DNA of 64,000 nucleotides from Plasmodiophora brassicae (Eukaryota): NCBI GenBank assembly GCA_036867785.1, contig CP145419.1, positions 372,001 to 436,000 of the forward strand, read 5' to 3'. Shown piece by piece: positions 23,501 to 36,231 of this stretch (position 1 is its first letter; each line of letters starts with the position of its first letter). The notes under the pieces were generated by a model. It saw only the letters and a program-made list of their open reading frames with translations, ran no database searches and was not told where the DNA came from. The position numbers and the translations under genes were made by a program.

Positions 23501-26500
23501 CAACCTGTTCAGCGAGAGACGAGGCTTGTTGCCAAGCAGCGTCAATGTCGGCGTTGGTAGCATGGGACACCAGGGACGACGCGTGCTGGCGGACCGTGTC
23601 CAGGTCGACGTTCCCAGCTTGAGCAGCAACGTCAGACGCCAATGAGGTCGCGTGCTGCCTGGCACTGTCCAGGTCGACGTGTCTAGCAGCAGCTGCTGCC
23701 GATGACGCCGCTCCAGCAGCACGCTGTCTGGCAGCATCAAGATCAACGTGCTCACCGAGAGACGAGGCTTGTTGCCATGCAGCGTCAATGTCGGCGTTGG
23801 TGGCATGGGACACCAAGGACGACGCGTGATGGCGGACCGTGTCCAGGTCGACGTTCCCAGCTCGAGCGGCAACGTCAGACGCCAATGCGGTCGCGTGCTG
23901 CCTGGCACTGTCCAGGTCGACGTGTCTAGCAGCAGCTGCTGCCGACGACGCCACTCCAGCAGCGTGGTGTCTGGCAGCATCCAGATCAACGTGCTCAGCG
24001 AGAGACGAGGCTTGTTGCCATGCAGCGTCAATGTCGGCGTTTGTGGCATGGGACACCAAGGACGACGCGTGCTGGCGCACCGTGTCCAGGTCGACGTTCC
24101 CAGCTTGAGCAGCAACGTCAGACGCCAATGCGGTCGCGTGCTGCCTGGCACTGTCCAGATCGACATGCCCAGCGGCAGATGCTGCCGACGACGCCAGGCC
24201 AGCAGCGCGTTGTCTGGCAGCATCGAGATCAACCTGGTCACTCAGAGACGAGGCTTGTTGCCAAGCAGCGTCAACGTCGACGCTGGTGGCATGGGACGCC
24301 AAGGACGAGGCGTGCTGGCGAACAGTGTCCAGGTCGACGTTCGCGGGAAGGCCTCCTGTCGCTTGAGACGCAGCCGAGGCAGCCTGGTGCCAAACGGCAT
24401 CGACGTCGACCTGCCCGACTTGAGCGCTGGCAGCAGACGCAAGCCCGGCAGCGTTTCGCCTAACAGAATCCAGGTCGACGTTGCCCGCTTGCGACTCCAG
24501 GGCCGCAGCGGCGTGCTGCCCCAGTGACGATGCCGACGACACCAACCCGCCGGCGCCTTGCTGTGGAGACGATGGTGACGACGCCATCGCGGCGCGCGTC
24601 AACTGCTCGGCCTGCTGTTTCACTGCGTTCACGTCGATGTTGCTCGCTCGGGCGGCGGCGGCCGACGCCAGATAGCTCGCTTGGTCCTTGGCGGATTGAA
24701 GGTCAGCCTGGGCGGCGACACCCATTGGGGAACCAGCAGCGCCTGACGCAGCCGCTCTAGCGGCGGATGCCATGCGCGAAGCGTGGGCTTCGACGTCGGC
24801 ACCCATCGTGGCCGCCGCGTTGGACGCCACTCGCGTGACATGGTCCTTGGCCATGGACAAGTCGGCCTGGGCAGCGAGTCCCGTTGGGGAGGATGCCGCC
24901 GCGTCCGCCATGGATTCCATGTGGGTCGCCGCTGCTGAAGCGGTAGCCATGCCGGACGACGCCAGGCGTCCAGCTTGGTCTTTAGCGGTGCTGAGGCCGG
25001 CTTGGGCCGCTTGACCAATCGGGGAGGCGGCCGCGGCCGCCACCATGCTTTCGGCATTGTGGGCAACGGAAGATGCACCGGCTGCCACTGGCGAAGACGC
25101 GGCGAGGCTGGCAGCGTGTTGGACGGATCCGGCCATGGAACGGATTGGGGAAGGAATCTGCCCGGCAACCGCTTCAGCAGCAGCGTCGAGCTTGGAGGCC
25201 CCCGCAGCGAGAGTTTCGCGAGCCGTCGAAGTGTCGATGGTGGACGCGGCGCCAATGGCACCTGACGCCAAGGCGGCGCCTTGATGGGTCACCTGCGCCG
25301 CATTGATACCTACACCATGGCATCACATTACGGATCATCAACGCTCACGACGGCATCGTACCGTGAACCGTCGAAGCCGCTTGTGCCCCAGCAGTGGACG
25401 CCAGCTGGCCTGCTTCTGACAGGCCCGCCTTCATATCGCCGGCCACCTGTGGCACATGGTCAACCGGTTCCTTCGCAGCCAGTACGCTAGCCGCTCGTAC
25501 GGTGGCGGCGTTTACATGACGAACAGACGCCTCGAGGCCACGTAGATTGACGTGTGGTAGCGTGGCGGGGACGGGCAACCCAGCTGGCAGGGCGGGCACG
25601 GCTGCCGCCTCCGCATCGGCCGCCTTCTTCGCCGCCTAACGACCCGTCACCCACAAAGCGAGAGCGGTGATACGTACTGGAGCGCACCTCAGCCACCAGC
25701 TTGGTCTGGGTGTTGAACTCGCGCAGCGCCAGTAGGAACCTGATAGGCGCCGCCAGTAGCGAAAAGGCGAACACGCCGAGCGCTAGGCCGTTGAATGCGA
25801 ACAGAAGCAGGAACGCAGCCACGCCCGGCAGAAGTCCCATCTGTTCGCAGAACGCATTGGTATTGCGACAGCGGTAACAGATGTGCTACGGTACCGCTAT
25901 TAGCATTGCCACGAGTAGATTGGACGTGTTCGCCACCTGCGATGCGATCTCTAGAACGCTTTCGTATTTATCCTGGTTGACCGAGGGTCGTCAGTTGGTA
26001 AGTGCTAACGCTGATGCGCTGGGTGACGCGTACCTGGAACGGGCGAAACATAATGGCGAGAACAGCGGCCGATGCGACGAATGCGTTGCTGAGAATCAGG
26101 GAAGCGTTCTCGAACGCCGAAGCCGGCACAAACAAGGATACGCAGACGATGGCCAGCTTCTGAAACATTTGGAACAGCTTGAAGTATCGGAAGCGGCGCT
26201 GGTACGCTCCATAGAGGTACGTCTGGGGCACTGGATTCAGAGCCACCTCGTTCGCCCAGAACGTATCCAGGTGCTCGATCGCATCGCGAAGTTTCTTCTT
26301 GGCCTCCTTATCGGTACGGGCCTGCTTCTTCAGCGAATCCATGATCTCTTTGTATCTGTACCGTCCAATAGTGAGTGGACAGTACCAGACGATGTCGCAT
26401 ACGTACGCTTTCTCTTCGTCTTTGTAGCCGTGCGAATCAATCATCTTGGTAGCCTTGGAGATGAGGCGGCCAAAGAACAGTGGAACACCGATGATGTAGA

Positions 26501-29500
26501 TCACCGCAAACACTGTTCGATGATTCGATACGGTCAGCACAGCATGCATCTGATGCAGCAGCAGCAGCATTGGCACAAACCGAATGCACAGTACTGGATT
26601 GGGAACAGCTGGACGTTTGCACATGGTCGGTCTGGGTAAATGACAAGACGGCCACCTGGTCCACACTGTTGCACGCGACGGTAAGCCTCCAGCGGGCGTT
26701 CTCAATTGCGGGAATCGTTACTTGAAATTGCTCCATGATGATACGGGCGACCGGCATGAAGAAGACGGTCAGGGCGAATAGGGAGACCCGCCGCAGGAAG
26801 TACGTTCGAGTGTACCACCACCGCAGGAAATCTTCCTGTGGGACGCCGACACAATTCGCACGGAACCTCTGCCGTTGCGAACCTCCGTTTAGCATTGCCA
26901 GCCGGGCGAACAACGATTGGATATTACCCATGCGATGAGGTACCAGACGACGAAGATGAACACGAACGGTGCACAAATGTACTCCCACAGGCCAATGAAC
27001 TCGCCGCTCGGCGGTGCGCCTTTCTGGAAGCGATTGATATTGTCTGGGTACCACCACAGGCACACCCCGAACGCAAGGATGGCGGCGACTACCAAACAGG
27101 CAATGGCCTAGCGTTCCGACACACTTGTCATTCGAGTCGCGGGCATAGGCAGAGTAGCGCAGCGCAGGCGAACCTTTGCGCGCGTGCTCCCCCAGTTCGT
27201 GTCGAACCGCGCTTTCCATTTGTCAACGTTGAGGGAGGCACCTAGATAGAACCACGCGATAAACAGCAACGGGATCCCCATTATGACGAAGAATTTGAAC
27301 ACAATCAGGCTTCGCAGATTCAGCTGCGGGAATACGATGCCGAAGTCAAGCGATAGGTAAGGCAGCTGTCGCTTCGAATAAGGACGCTGTACTGGGCACA
27401 TGGGGGTCACCGGACGAAACGTACCCAGGAGAAGATCTGGAGCCAGAGGCTCGGCCAGGTGATATGCAGGTCGAGGGATATGACGTACACCATGGAGTAG
27501 GTTTGCAGGAAGTTAATCAGAATCTCGATCTGTGCCGTCGCCGGTCAGTTGGTGCGCAGCGAACAACGGTTGGCAATCCGTCCGCGAACCTTGTTGAGGA
27601 CGGTGCCGGTGACGGCCATCAGAGGCGCGGCGGCAGCTTTCGCAACCTGCTGGGCAGCCTGCTCAACGTTCGCCCCAATGCTGGACTGGCCCTGGCCGGC
27701 TTCCGTCATTTCGCTCGCCATCGTCTTGTTGTCGTTAAAGTTGGGCCCTAAAACGTGCCCGTCAAGACCGATTCCCGGCGACGATCCCGCCATTCGTTAC
27801 CGGACGACGTCTGCTTGCGAGCGTCTTTGGCAGTCAGCTTGTGGTGTTGAACTATGGCTTTCTCGCGGGTGGCCACCCAACCTCCTTTGTGCACACGACT
27901 GACATAGCCGACGTTAGTCACGAGGACCTTCCTTGCGCACGACGTAACGTACGACGACTTCTTCGACTGTTCCTCCTTTTGGACAAATTCGATGGCGTTC
28001 AACCGCTCGTCGTCCGAGATCGGTTCATCGTCGAGCACGAGCAGCTTACGGCCAAGCCCATAGATGATATATTGTCTGGCGATCCACGTTAATGTCGGCC
28101 CAGCGTCAGCAGAGACGGCGGACAGCACTACCTGTAATTCAGGATTCGTTTGTCGCTGCGATTCCATTGGTTGCCGTTCGATTTCAGGTTGGCGACAGAT
28201 TGCAATTCGGCCAGCGCCGAAATGACGTAGAAGAACATCTCGGCGGGGATGTTCTTATTGCTGATGTCGACATTGATGCACTGGTTGGGGCCGACGCCGG
28301 CGACCTTCCACAGGAACCCTGCACGATACGTGTTACAATGGCACACTGGCACAGCAACCACAACGGCTGACGTTGCGAGTCGAGTTGCATTCCTTCCAGC
28401 ATGTCCTTGTTCACGTTCCCGTCGATGTATTGAACGCCTCGCAGGCGCCACCCGACTATATCCAGATAGGAGTCGATGACCTTCGTTCGTCCATCCGTTG
28501 TCGAATCCACCAGCATCACGTTCTTAATATCGACGGAATGAGAACGGGCGTCAGACCCGGACGACTGCTGAAGGCGTACCTTTAGCGCATGGCAAGGCGA
28601 TAGCCAGTCGAGAACGGAATCCAACGAGGCGAACTGGTTCCGTGCCAGATTCAACTTGACCAAGTGCCTCAGCGTGTGGAGGCCCTGTCCTTCAAGCGTC
28701 CTCAGTGAGTTGTCGCTCAGGTCGATCACCTAATACAAGGGTCAGATACATCAATTGATTCATGGTGGCAGATTTGGCACCTGAAGGTTCGGGAATGTGT
28801 CGACGGCTTGCTTGACGACTTGGAGGTCGGAGTTCGACAGATCCAGCTCCTTCTGATTCGCGTCCGGCTGCCCGTTCGGAAGCCTCTTCTGACGTTCGAA
28901 TATCGTGAGATCTGAACATCAGCGTCAATTCCATAATCCGGCGGATACAAACCGGCACAGGGTACCGAGTCTCGTGTCTTCGATCGTCGCCCCGTCCAGG
29001 CTGGACGCCGCTTTGATGCGCTCGCGAACAGTAACAGGAGTCCCATCAAGCTTCTTGAGTGGGAACGACCTACATTCGTGTTACATACGTCGTCTGCGAA
29101 CAGCATGGGCGGATCGAGAGAGCGGGTCGCGTACCTCTTTTCGATATCGGGCCACTCTTTTAGAACCTTGTGCCGGTCGCTCTTGTTCGGCTCGGGGCAG
29201 CATGGGTTCCCGACAATGTCCAGTGTCGCCAAGTGCTTCAGTTTCGACACAATTTGGACGATCTATCCCCAAGGCGTATCAGCGCAAAAGCGAACGCCTC
29301 GACGTTCCAGGTACGAACCTTGGGGATCTTCGCCAGCTGGTTGTTCCCCAAGTACAGGTGTCGAAGCTCCTTGCAGTTCGAAAGGGCCGCCTCGCCTAGC
29401 GCCGACGTTTCTGCAAACACCACCGAATCAGCGACGGTCGGCAGACTCCTCGCGTCGGACCGAACAACCGATTAGATTGTTGCCCAAACGCAAAGTATGC

Positions 29501-32500
29501 AATGAGGAGAAATCGGACAGGTCCAGGAACTTCAGCTCGCATCCGGTCAGATCCAGCTGAAGCATCTCGTGCCGTTCAGGGATCGGGACGACACGGTCGA
29601 AGTGCACCGTTTCAACGGGCGGCGCGCTTCGCCGATGCACGGCGAGGTCGAACCTGCACCAAACGCTGAGCATGGAATGATGAGTAGCGGAGCGTGTGCG
29701 TCGGCTACCTGAACTCCTCTGTGACGCCACGAACGCTCGTCATGATTTCGCCGATGGAAACCTCGGCGTCGTCGAGGAAGATCAACTTGTTCTGCACGCG
29801 TGTGAAATGGGCACAATTGGCGATGAATTCGGCCCTGTAATTCGCGGACAGGCCCACGTTGCCGCTGAGGCCCAGGAACGTCAGCTCGGGTAACTGGCTA
29901 ACGACACTTGTGATGTCTATGGTCAAGTTGGACAATCAGTAGTTGGTTCAAAAGTTGACACGGCAGCAGTACCCTGGACGTTCGATATGCGGTTGTCACG
30001 AACATCGAGAACCCTCAGGTTCGTCATCTTCTCGATGTCCGCCCCCAACAGCTTCGCGAGACGGTTCGAGCGGAGCGTCAGGCGCTGCATGTTGATGAAT
30101 CCCTTGAGCGACACGATCGAGATGTTGGTGCCGCTCAGGTTCAGGTCGAGCACCTCGTTCGGTGCAACGCCCTTCTTGACACGCTGGAAGATGGCGGCCC
30201 TGTAACGCAGCGTCTCGGCTTGGTCCACAGCACCGCCGCTCGCGATCCAGGAATCGACCCGCTCATCCAGCGACACCTCCGTGTCAATGACGCGAAGGTT
30301 GCACTCAACCTAGGGACGGCGCTTAACGGGATCCGACACGTGGCGTGGCCATAGCGACAGACCTGTTTCATTCTGGAGATCAACGAGATCAGCTTGAGGC
30401 GATCCTGCGTTGTTCGCATGATGGGATTGCCACGCAGGTACAGCAGCTCCAGCAAAGGTAACGTATCGGCGACCTGGGCGATCTGTGCCAGGGGCACATT
30501 GATCTTGTTTGATCGCAGGTCAAGTCGCACGAGTTGCTGCAGGGCGGACAACCCAGCAGGGAGACCGACCAACGCGTTATGGGACAGGTTGACCACCTTG
30601 ACGTTGGCGAATTCGCTCAACGACACTGCTTTCAACTCGTAGTGGGACACCTGTTCAATGGAGGTGACGTCTCCCGGTTTGTACCTTCATTACGACTGTC
30701 AGATCTTAGTCGACATCGCAGCATTCGACCCATACTGTTTCCCAGGGAACACATCGTCGTAATCGTAGCTGCGCCCGACCAGCGGCGTTGCACACGTCAG
30801 CAACGCTACGTTCGCCCGATATAGCTCGATGTCGACTTTCTTGTTCTTCTTGTTCAGTTTGGCGAAACAGGCCATGCGGTCCAGGAAGTCGATGCACTTC
30901 CCTGCACCCAGATGAAAGAGTAAGGGGGTCGGGTTCTCAAGGCGATGGCAGATCCCCACCTTCTAGCACCGACAACCTCTTGTTCTTCGGGATCAGCGTC
31001 TGCAGCAGGTTCCGGATGTGGTTGGCGTCGACTTTCGCTTCGGAGCGAGCAATGGAGACGCGCTCGAGAAAGTTAAAGTCGCGAAGTTGTTTCAGCGTTC
31101 CGCTAACGTTCAGTGACGGGTTCCCAGATATATCCACAACACGTAGTCTGCCGGCAACGAGTCAGAATGGGGGGACACGGATAACGAACGAATTATCCCG
31201 ACAGGGTCAGCAGTTGCAAGCCATCCACGCCCGACAGGTTATTGTTTGACAGGTTCAAGATGCGCACGTTAACGAACTTGCCGACGTCGATCTTGTCGAA
31301 GAATCGATTGTTCAATGACAATGCCAGCACCTACACGAAGACGATATCGGCACTTCTGAAACAGTTAGGGAAGAGACAGACCTGCGAACCTTCGATTCAA
31401 AGTGATCCACCGTGACGACCTGTTGATGCCCAAACTCCTTGATTAGGTTCAATCGCCAGCGCGCCGCCTGCGCGTCTTTCTTCTTGCCGATGGTAGCAAT
31501 GGCCGCGACACGGTCCTCAACCGAAATCTCCTCATCATCCAATGTCAAGAGGCCAATCGCTCGGTTCGTTCCAGGAAGGTGTCGCGTGATGAATATGACA
31601 TTCTGCCCATCGCCTGAGCAGTTAGGAAACGACTGCGCAGAACATGGAGAAACGACAAACCGTCTTGTATGTCTTGAGCCCTTTGTTGCCCACCAGCCGC
31701 AAGTCCTGCAGGCTGGACAGAGCGGCAAGGACGTTTAGGTTGTTATAGTTCCTGGATTTCTCCAGCAGGTTGTTGCTTAGGTCCAGGCGCTTCAGCATTT
31801 GCAGCTTCTCAAACTGAACAGATACCGAATTAGAGGTGTCACTACCATGTCGAAACCGATTATGGGTGGTACGCCGCATTTCTCGATGGACGTGAGCATA
31901 TTGTTCTTTAGGACCAGCGTGGTCAGGTTGACGAAGGAGTACAGCGAGACGAGTGTCAGACCGCAATTCGCCAGGTTCATCTCTGTTATGGCTCCCGGCT
32001 GACAGATAACGCGGTCACATACCGACCTTGGCCAAACATTGGAGGGCGTACCGCAAATTCGTCGGCGAATTCAGGCTTGGCCATGTCAGGCAGTTGCTCC
32101 AGTGCGTTCAAAAAGACATCCCATCCACGTCTGTTACGTACGTCCTATTGGCATCCATCTTAAATGACGCATTCGAACGTTGAAGAGTGACGACTGGTGT
32201 CAACCTTGGTCTTGGATTTAGCCATGGCCAATGAGCGGCGCTCAGGAGCGATGAGCTCTCCGTTGATGTGTGTCAGGTGCGCACACTTAGGCAGAAGAAC
32301 CTGCCATAGCGGATGTTCTGGCAGTGGCGTTCCCCTTTCATCGAACCTTTGTTGCAGGCGTAGTCAGTAGAAAGACCCAATCAAGTCCGATTGGGCACAT
32401 ACCCTTTGACGTTCATGATGGGGTTATTAGTGAAATCCAGCACCTGTAACTTGGGCAGGCCGATAACACACTTCTCGATGGAGTTGCTGTCAGCGAATAG

Positions 32501-35448
32501 GTTGTACGATATGTTCAAGTGCAGAAGCTTGGCAAGATTCAGCTTGTCAAGCCTAACCCGATTCACGATTAACGTTGCTTTCGGTGCCACTCTCGCGGGG
32601 ATTCACCTTCTTAAGCCGGCCTTGCGAAGCCCTAAGGTTTCCAAGTTGACGAACGCGCTCAGGTAATGGCCCAGATTCGAACGCGTCTTCTTATCGAGCA
32701 CGGCGTCGAGACCGTCGAGGAACAGGAACGTGAACTGGGCGCCGTTCATCTTGCCTCGGAACACGTTGAACATCATTTCCACGTTCTGGACGATCTCGGC
32801 CGTCACCAGCGCCGACTGATCCTCTCTTTTCGGGCGCACATACGCCAGAGGTACTGCCACCCAACTGGTACTCAGCGGTGAACGACACAGGATGAGCCAC
32901 GCGCAGGACTTACCGATTGGCTTTGAGGCAGTCTTGTCTGCGTCCCGCGCCTTCTCCCACGCCTTCACATCGAAATCGGGCTCCAGGATCCCTGCGTCCG
33001 GCTCGGCAAAGGTCTTCAACTCGGGCGGCATCTCGATCGTAATCGGCTGGATCTCGACGACGATGTCCTGGTGGCGTTCTCACGAATCAAGAGATGGTTA
33101 CGACAGCGAAGTTGCGATTGCAAACCTGAGCTGCGCCACCTTCCTCGCCTGCCCCTGGTGTCTCGGGATCCGCTGGGGCCACGCTCTCGAACAACGTCAG
33201 TTCGCCGATGCACCGAGCGATCCGGCGTTCAGCAGTCTCAGGCGGTTCAGCCACTACAATGCGCAGGTCAGCGGTCGGAACTTGCCCACCGCTCATCAGT
33301 GCAGTACCAGGCAGTGGGACATCAGGATTGACGATGAGCTCGCCAATAATGTTGAAGCTGGGATCGACAATGTGGACCTGGTCAGGGTGCAGCCGCCCGA
33401 TGACATCGTCGGCGTCCGCAGGGAATCCCGGTGCCCTGAGAACTCATTTGCTGTAAGCGAAAGAGATCGTGAATGGTGAACGACACGGCTATGCAGACCG
33501 GTAGTGGAGCAATCCATTCCCGTCCAGGACGGAATGCTCGAACCGCTCCTTGACGCTGTCCTCACAGCGAACCTTGTGGCCCAGACGAACCAAACAGTTG
33601 GGCGGGATCCTGAACGCAGACTCTCCTGCTGCACATCGGCGCGTTAGCCGCGCCCTTGTGAAAAGACGAGAAGCGCAACGTACGCTGTCCTCCAGCCAGC
33701 TCAACATTTCCAATAACCGCAAGGTCGGCCAACTGGACGGACAGGTCGTCCGGGTTCATGCGTGCCATGACGTTACCGTCGTCATCGAAAAAGAACGATG
33801 TCTTCGGGTCCCATTGCCAGACGTGTTCAATGAGATTCTGTTTGTTAAACAACGGTCAGCATAATAACGACACAACATCGGCCTGTTCTGTAGTTGACCT
33901 TAAGGGCGTCGTTATTGCAGTTGATCAGCTTATGCCCCGCAGCGGCAAGCGTCTTCGAGGTGTTCTCCGCCTGTGCGTCATCGCTAACTCTCTCGACCTC
34001 GCCGATCATCTTCCCAGTCTCGTCGAACACGTGCCCGAATTTGTTGGTCCGAGCCCACACGACACCCTGTCGTCAGGTCAGTTCGGAACCCGTGTTCAGC
34101 TTGAACAAGATCTGGAAGATAACGACGCACCTGAGCGTTGACGACGCCTCCTGTCGGATCCAGCGCGCTCTCTTGGAGCATCTTCTGAACATTCGGGTCA
34201 AGGCCTTCGGCAGCCATGAACCTGAACTTGGGCTTCGCCGGCTCTCCTTTGATATGGCCGTCAACCTAACAGTTGTGCAATAACCACCACAGCGGCCGGC
34301 AGCTACCTGACGGTTGAGGTCCAGGTACGCCTCCTGACTGAATAACGCTACCAACGACAGCACCGTTCCCGTCTACGAGTTGACCAGACGCATCCACACG
34401 CGCCCATGGCACGTTCTAAGGCATCGCAATCAGTGCACATCGTGGATACCGTACATGAACGTCGTTTTCGCACCTGAGAGTTGACCAGGACGCCGTCGTT
34501 CGTTAACCGGCTGTCCTGTAACATCTGCAGGACGGCGGGCGAAGCCGCCGGATTCGGCATAATCTGCAGTACAGGTGCCGCCACCTGCTGCTGGACGACG
34601 TCCCCGATAACGTTCCCGTTGCCATCAACAAGCTGCCCAGTCGAGTTCGCCTGCGCCCAGGGTTGCCCCTACGGTGGCGTTCACATGCGACATCGACAAG
34701 AACGTGACCGTCACGTTTCAACCTGAGCGTTGACGAGAACCCCATCTGAGCGCAACGCGCTCTGCTGAATCGCCTGGATGAGTTCAGGCGTGGCCGACGC
34801 GATCGGCCTGATCTGCAATGTCGTTTGGGGTGCCGCTTCCCGATCGCCTTGTTGCGGCTGCGGATGCTCGGCATCCACGATCTCACCGATCACGGCGCCA
34901 TGTGCATCGATCAGGTGACCTCCGGCATCTGCTTGCGCCCAGGCCACGCCCTGCATACTCGTTAGACGGCAATTTCCATCAGGTTCAGTCGTCGGACCGA
35001 CCTCCGATGTCACCAATGTTCCCTGGCTTGTCAGACTACTGTTCTGAATAGCTGCTCGAAGCTCAGCATTCGCTGACGCCACAGGACGAATGTACGACTT
35101 CCGATGCTTGTGGCCGTGTTGGCTGGACTCTGTCACCCACATCGTTACGATGCGATTCCACATGGATTCCAACTTCTTGCACCTGGTCGGCTGCCTGTTT
35201 CCGACGTTGCAAGGCGCGCGACAATGTGCCTGGTCGCCCCATCGACGACGTCGCCGTTGGGCAGGACATGCGCCCAGGGTATGCCCTGTTCCGGAGATGC
35301 TCAATCGGCGAGGCGGTTCATAGATGGAGAGACGTCCAGGTACGACCTGCTTGTCGGTTAGGACGCCCTCCTGGGTGACGCTGCTGGACGTCAGCCGGGC
35401 CAGGACGCCCGGGTCATCTGTCAGCGGCCTTAGCGACGCGCTCGGCAT
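20599..35448 (-). CDS. Giant (about 4,000 aa, estimated) multi-domain membrane protein: N-terminal beta-hairpin repeats, multiple capped LRR modules, about 10 TM helices, and a 1,500 aa Ala-rich repeat tail; roughly 45-50 short introns; 5' end may extend further upstream
   Basis: Checked by eye: GT-AG introns join exons in frame from 35345 to 33080 and from 28130 to 20760, e.g. intron 25310-25361 links the TM region to the 1503-aa ORF. LRR exons (LxxLxLSxNxL) and LRRcap motifs (NYRQYII...LLVLDDEPISDDERLNA) fill 27990-32650. Final exon ends ...PAKPSRK* at 20599. Confidence 0.75.
23470..24345. repeat. Near-perfect 243-nt (81-aa) tandem repeat, about 3.5 copies, inside the Ala-rich tail
   Basis: Anchor gaggcttgttgcca recurs at 23521, 23764, 24007 and 24250, an exact spacing of 243. 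Confidence 0.9.
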
Positions 35449-36231
35449 CCGCCTCCTCCTAATGACGTATACGCTCTAGAGATCGATGCTGTACTCCACA
35501 GGGGACCGATCCACCGGTACATGGATACAGGTCCACCCGACCAGGGCATCGAAATCGACGCGTACTTCCCAATCTGGTCGTCTGCGGCGGTCCTGGAACA
35601 TGTTTGCTGTGATGTCGGGGGTAAAGAGCCGGTTCTATGGATCGGGACCTACGGGGTCGTTGCTTGGTACGAAGAATGGGACTCCTTTGAACCAGGTGGC
35701 GTCCATCATTTGCTCGCGAACGGCATTGGTACAAACGAGGACATCAGGTGCGTTTCTCTTGTCGGACGTGGTTCCGTGACCAGTACGACCCCGTTGCAGC
35801 TTGCGGATGGCGAATAGACGATGCACGAGCATCTGCCGGCCTGCCGGGCGTCGGTAATCGCGGGCGCTACTGGATACACCCTGATGATGCCTTCGCTTGC
35901 GGTTGGCATGCACAGGGCCCCGCATCCAGACAGCTGGCTGTCGGCGGGCGAACCCAGGATAGGTAAACGCAATGTTGCGCGTACCTGTTGTGTTAAGGGC
36001 CACGCGGAGTGGCAGCTGGTCGGCGATTTTGCTCGGGTGGCGACTGCCGGGGCGGGCGGGGCACTTGCGTGCGCCCATGAAGGCATCCGTTGACACTTTA
36101 CCGTCCCGATTGGACTGCGTGGGCGGTGTTTATTTATCGAACCAGTCGGGCTGCAGTGCGGGAGGGGGCGGTAGTTTGAGGTCGTGGTGGGCGCTGAGCG
36201 AGCGGGAGCCACTGCCACGGGAGGCCCAGGG

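Noticed and set aside
23470-24345. Regularly spaced repeats as a possible CRISPR array
   Set aside because: The units are contiguous, in-frame coding repeats with no unique spacers, in a eukaryotic gene with no cas genes.
21575-25306. Many long plus-strand and alternative-frame ORFs over the Ala-rich repeat exon
   Set aside because: Antisense or frame shadows of a GC-rich repetitive coding exon; no independent domain signal.
35459-36100. Possible additional upstream exons of the giant gene, or a separate small gene
   Set aside because: An in-frame splice path can be drawn but is ambiguous and has no domain support.
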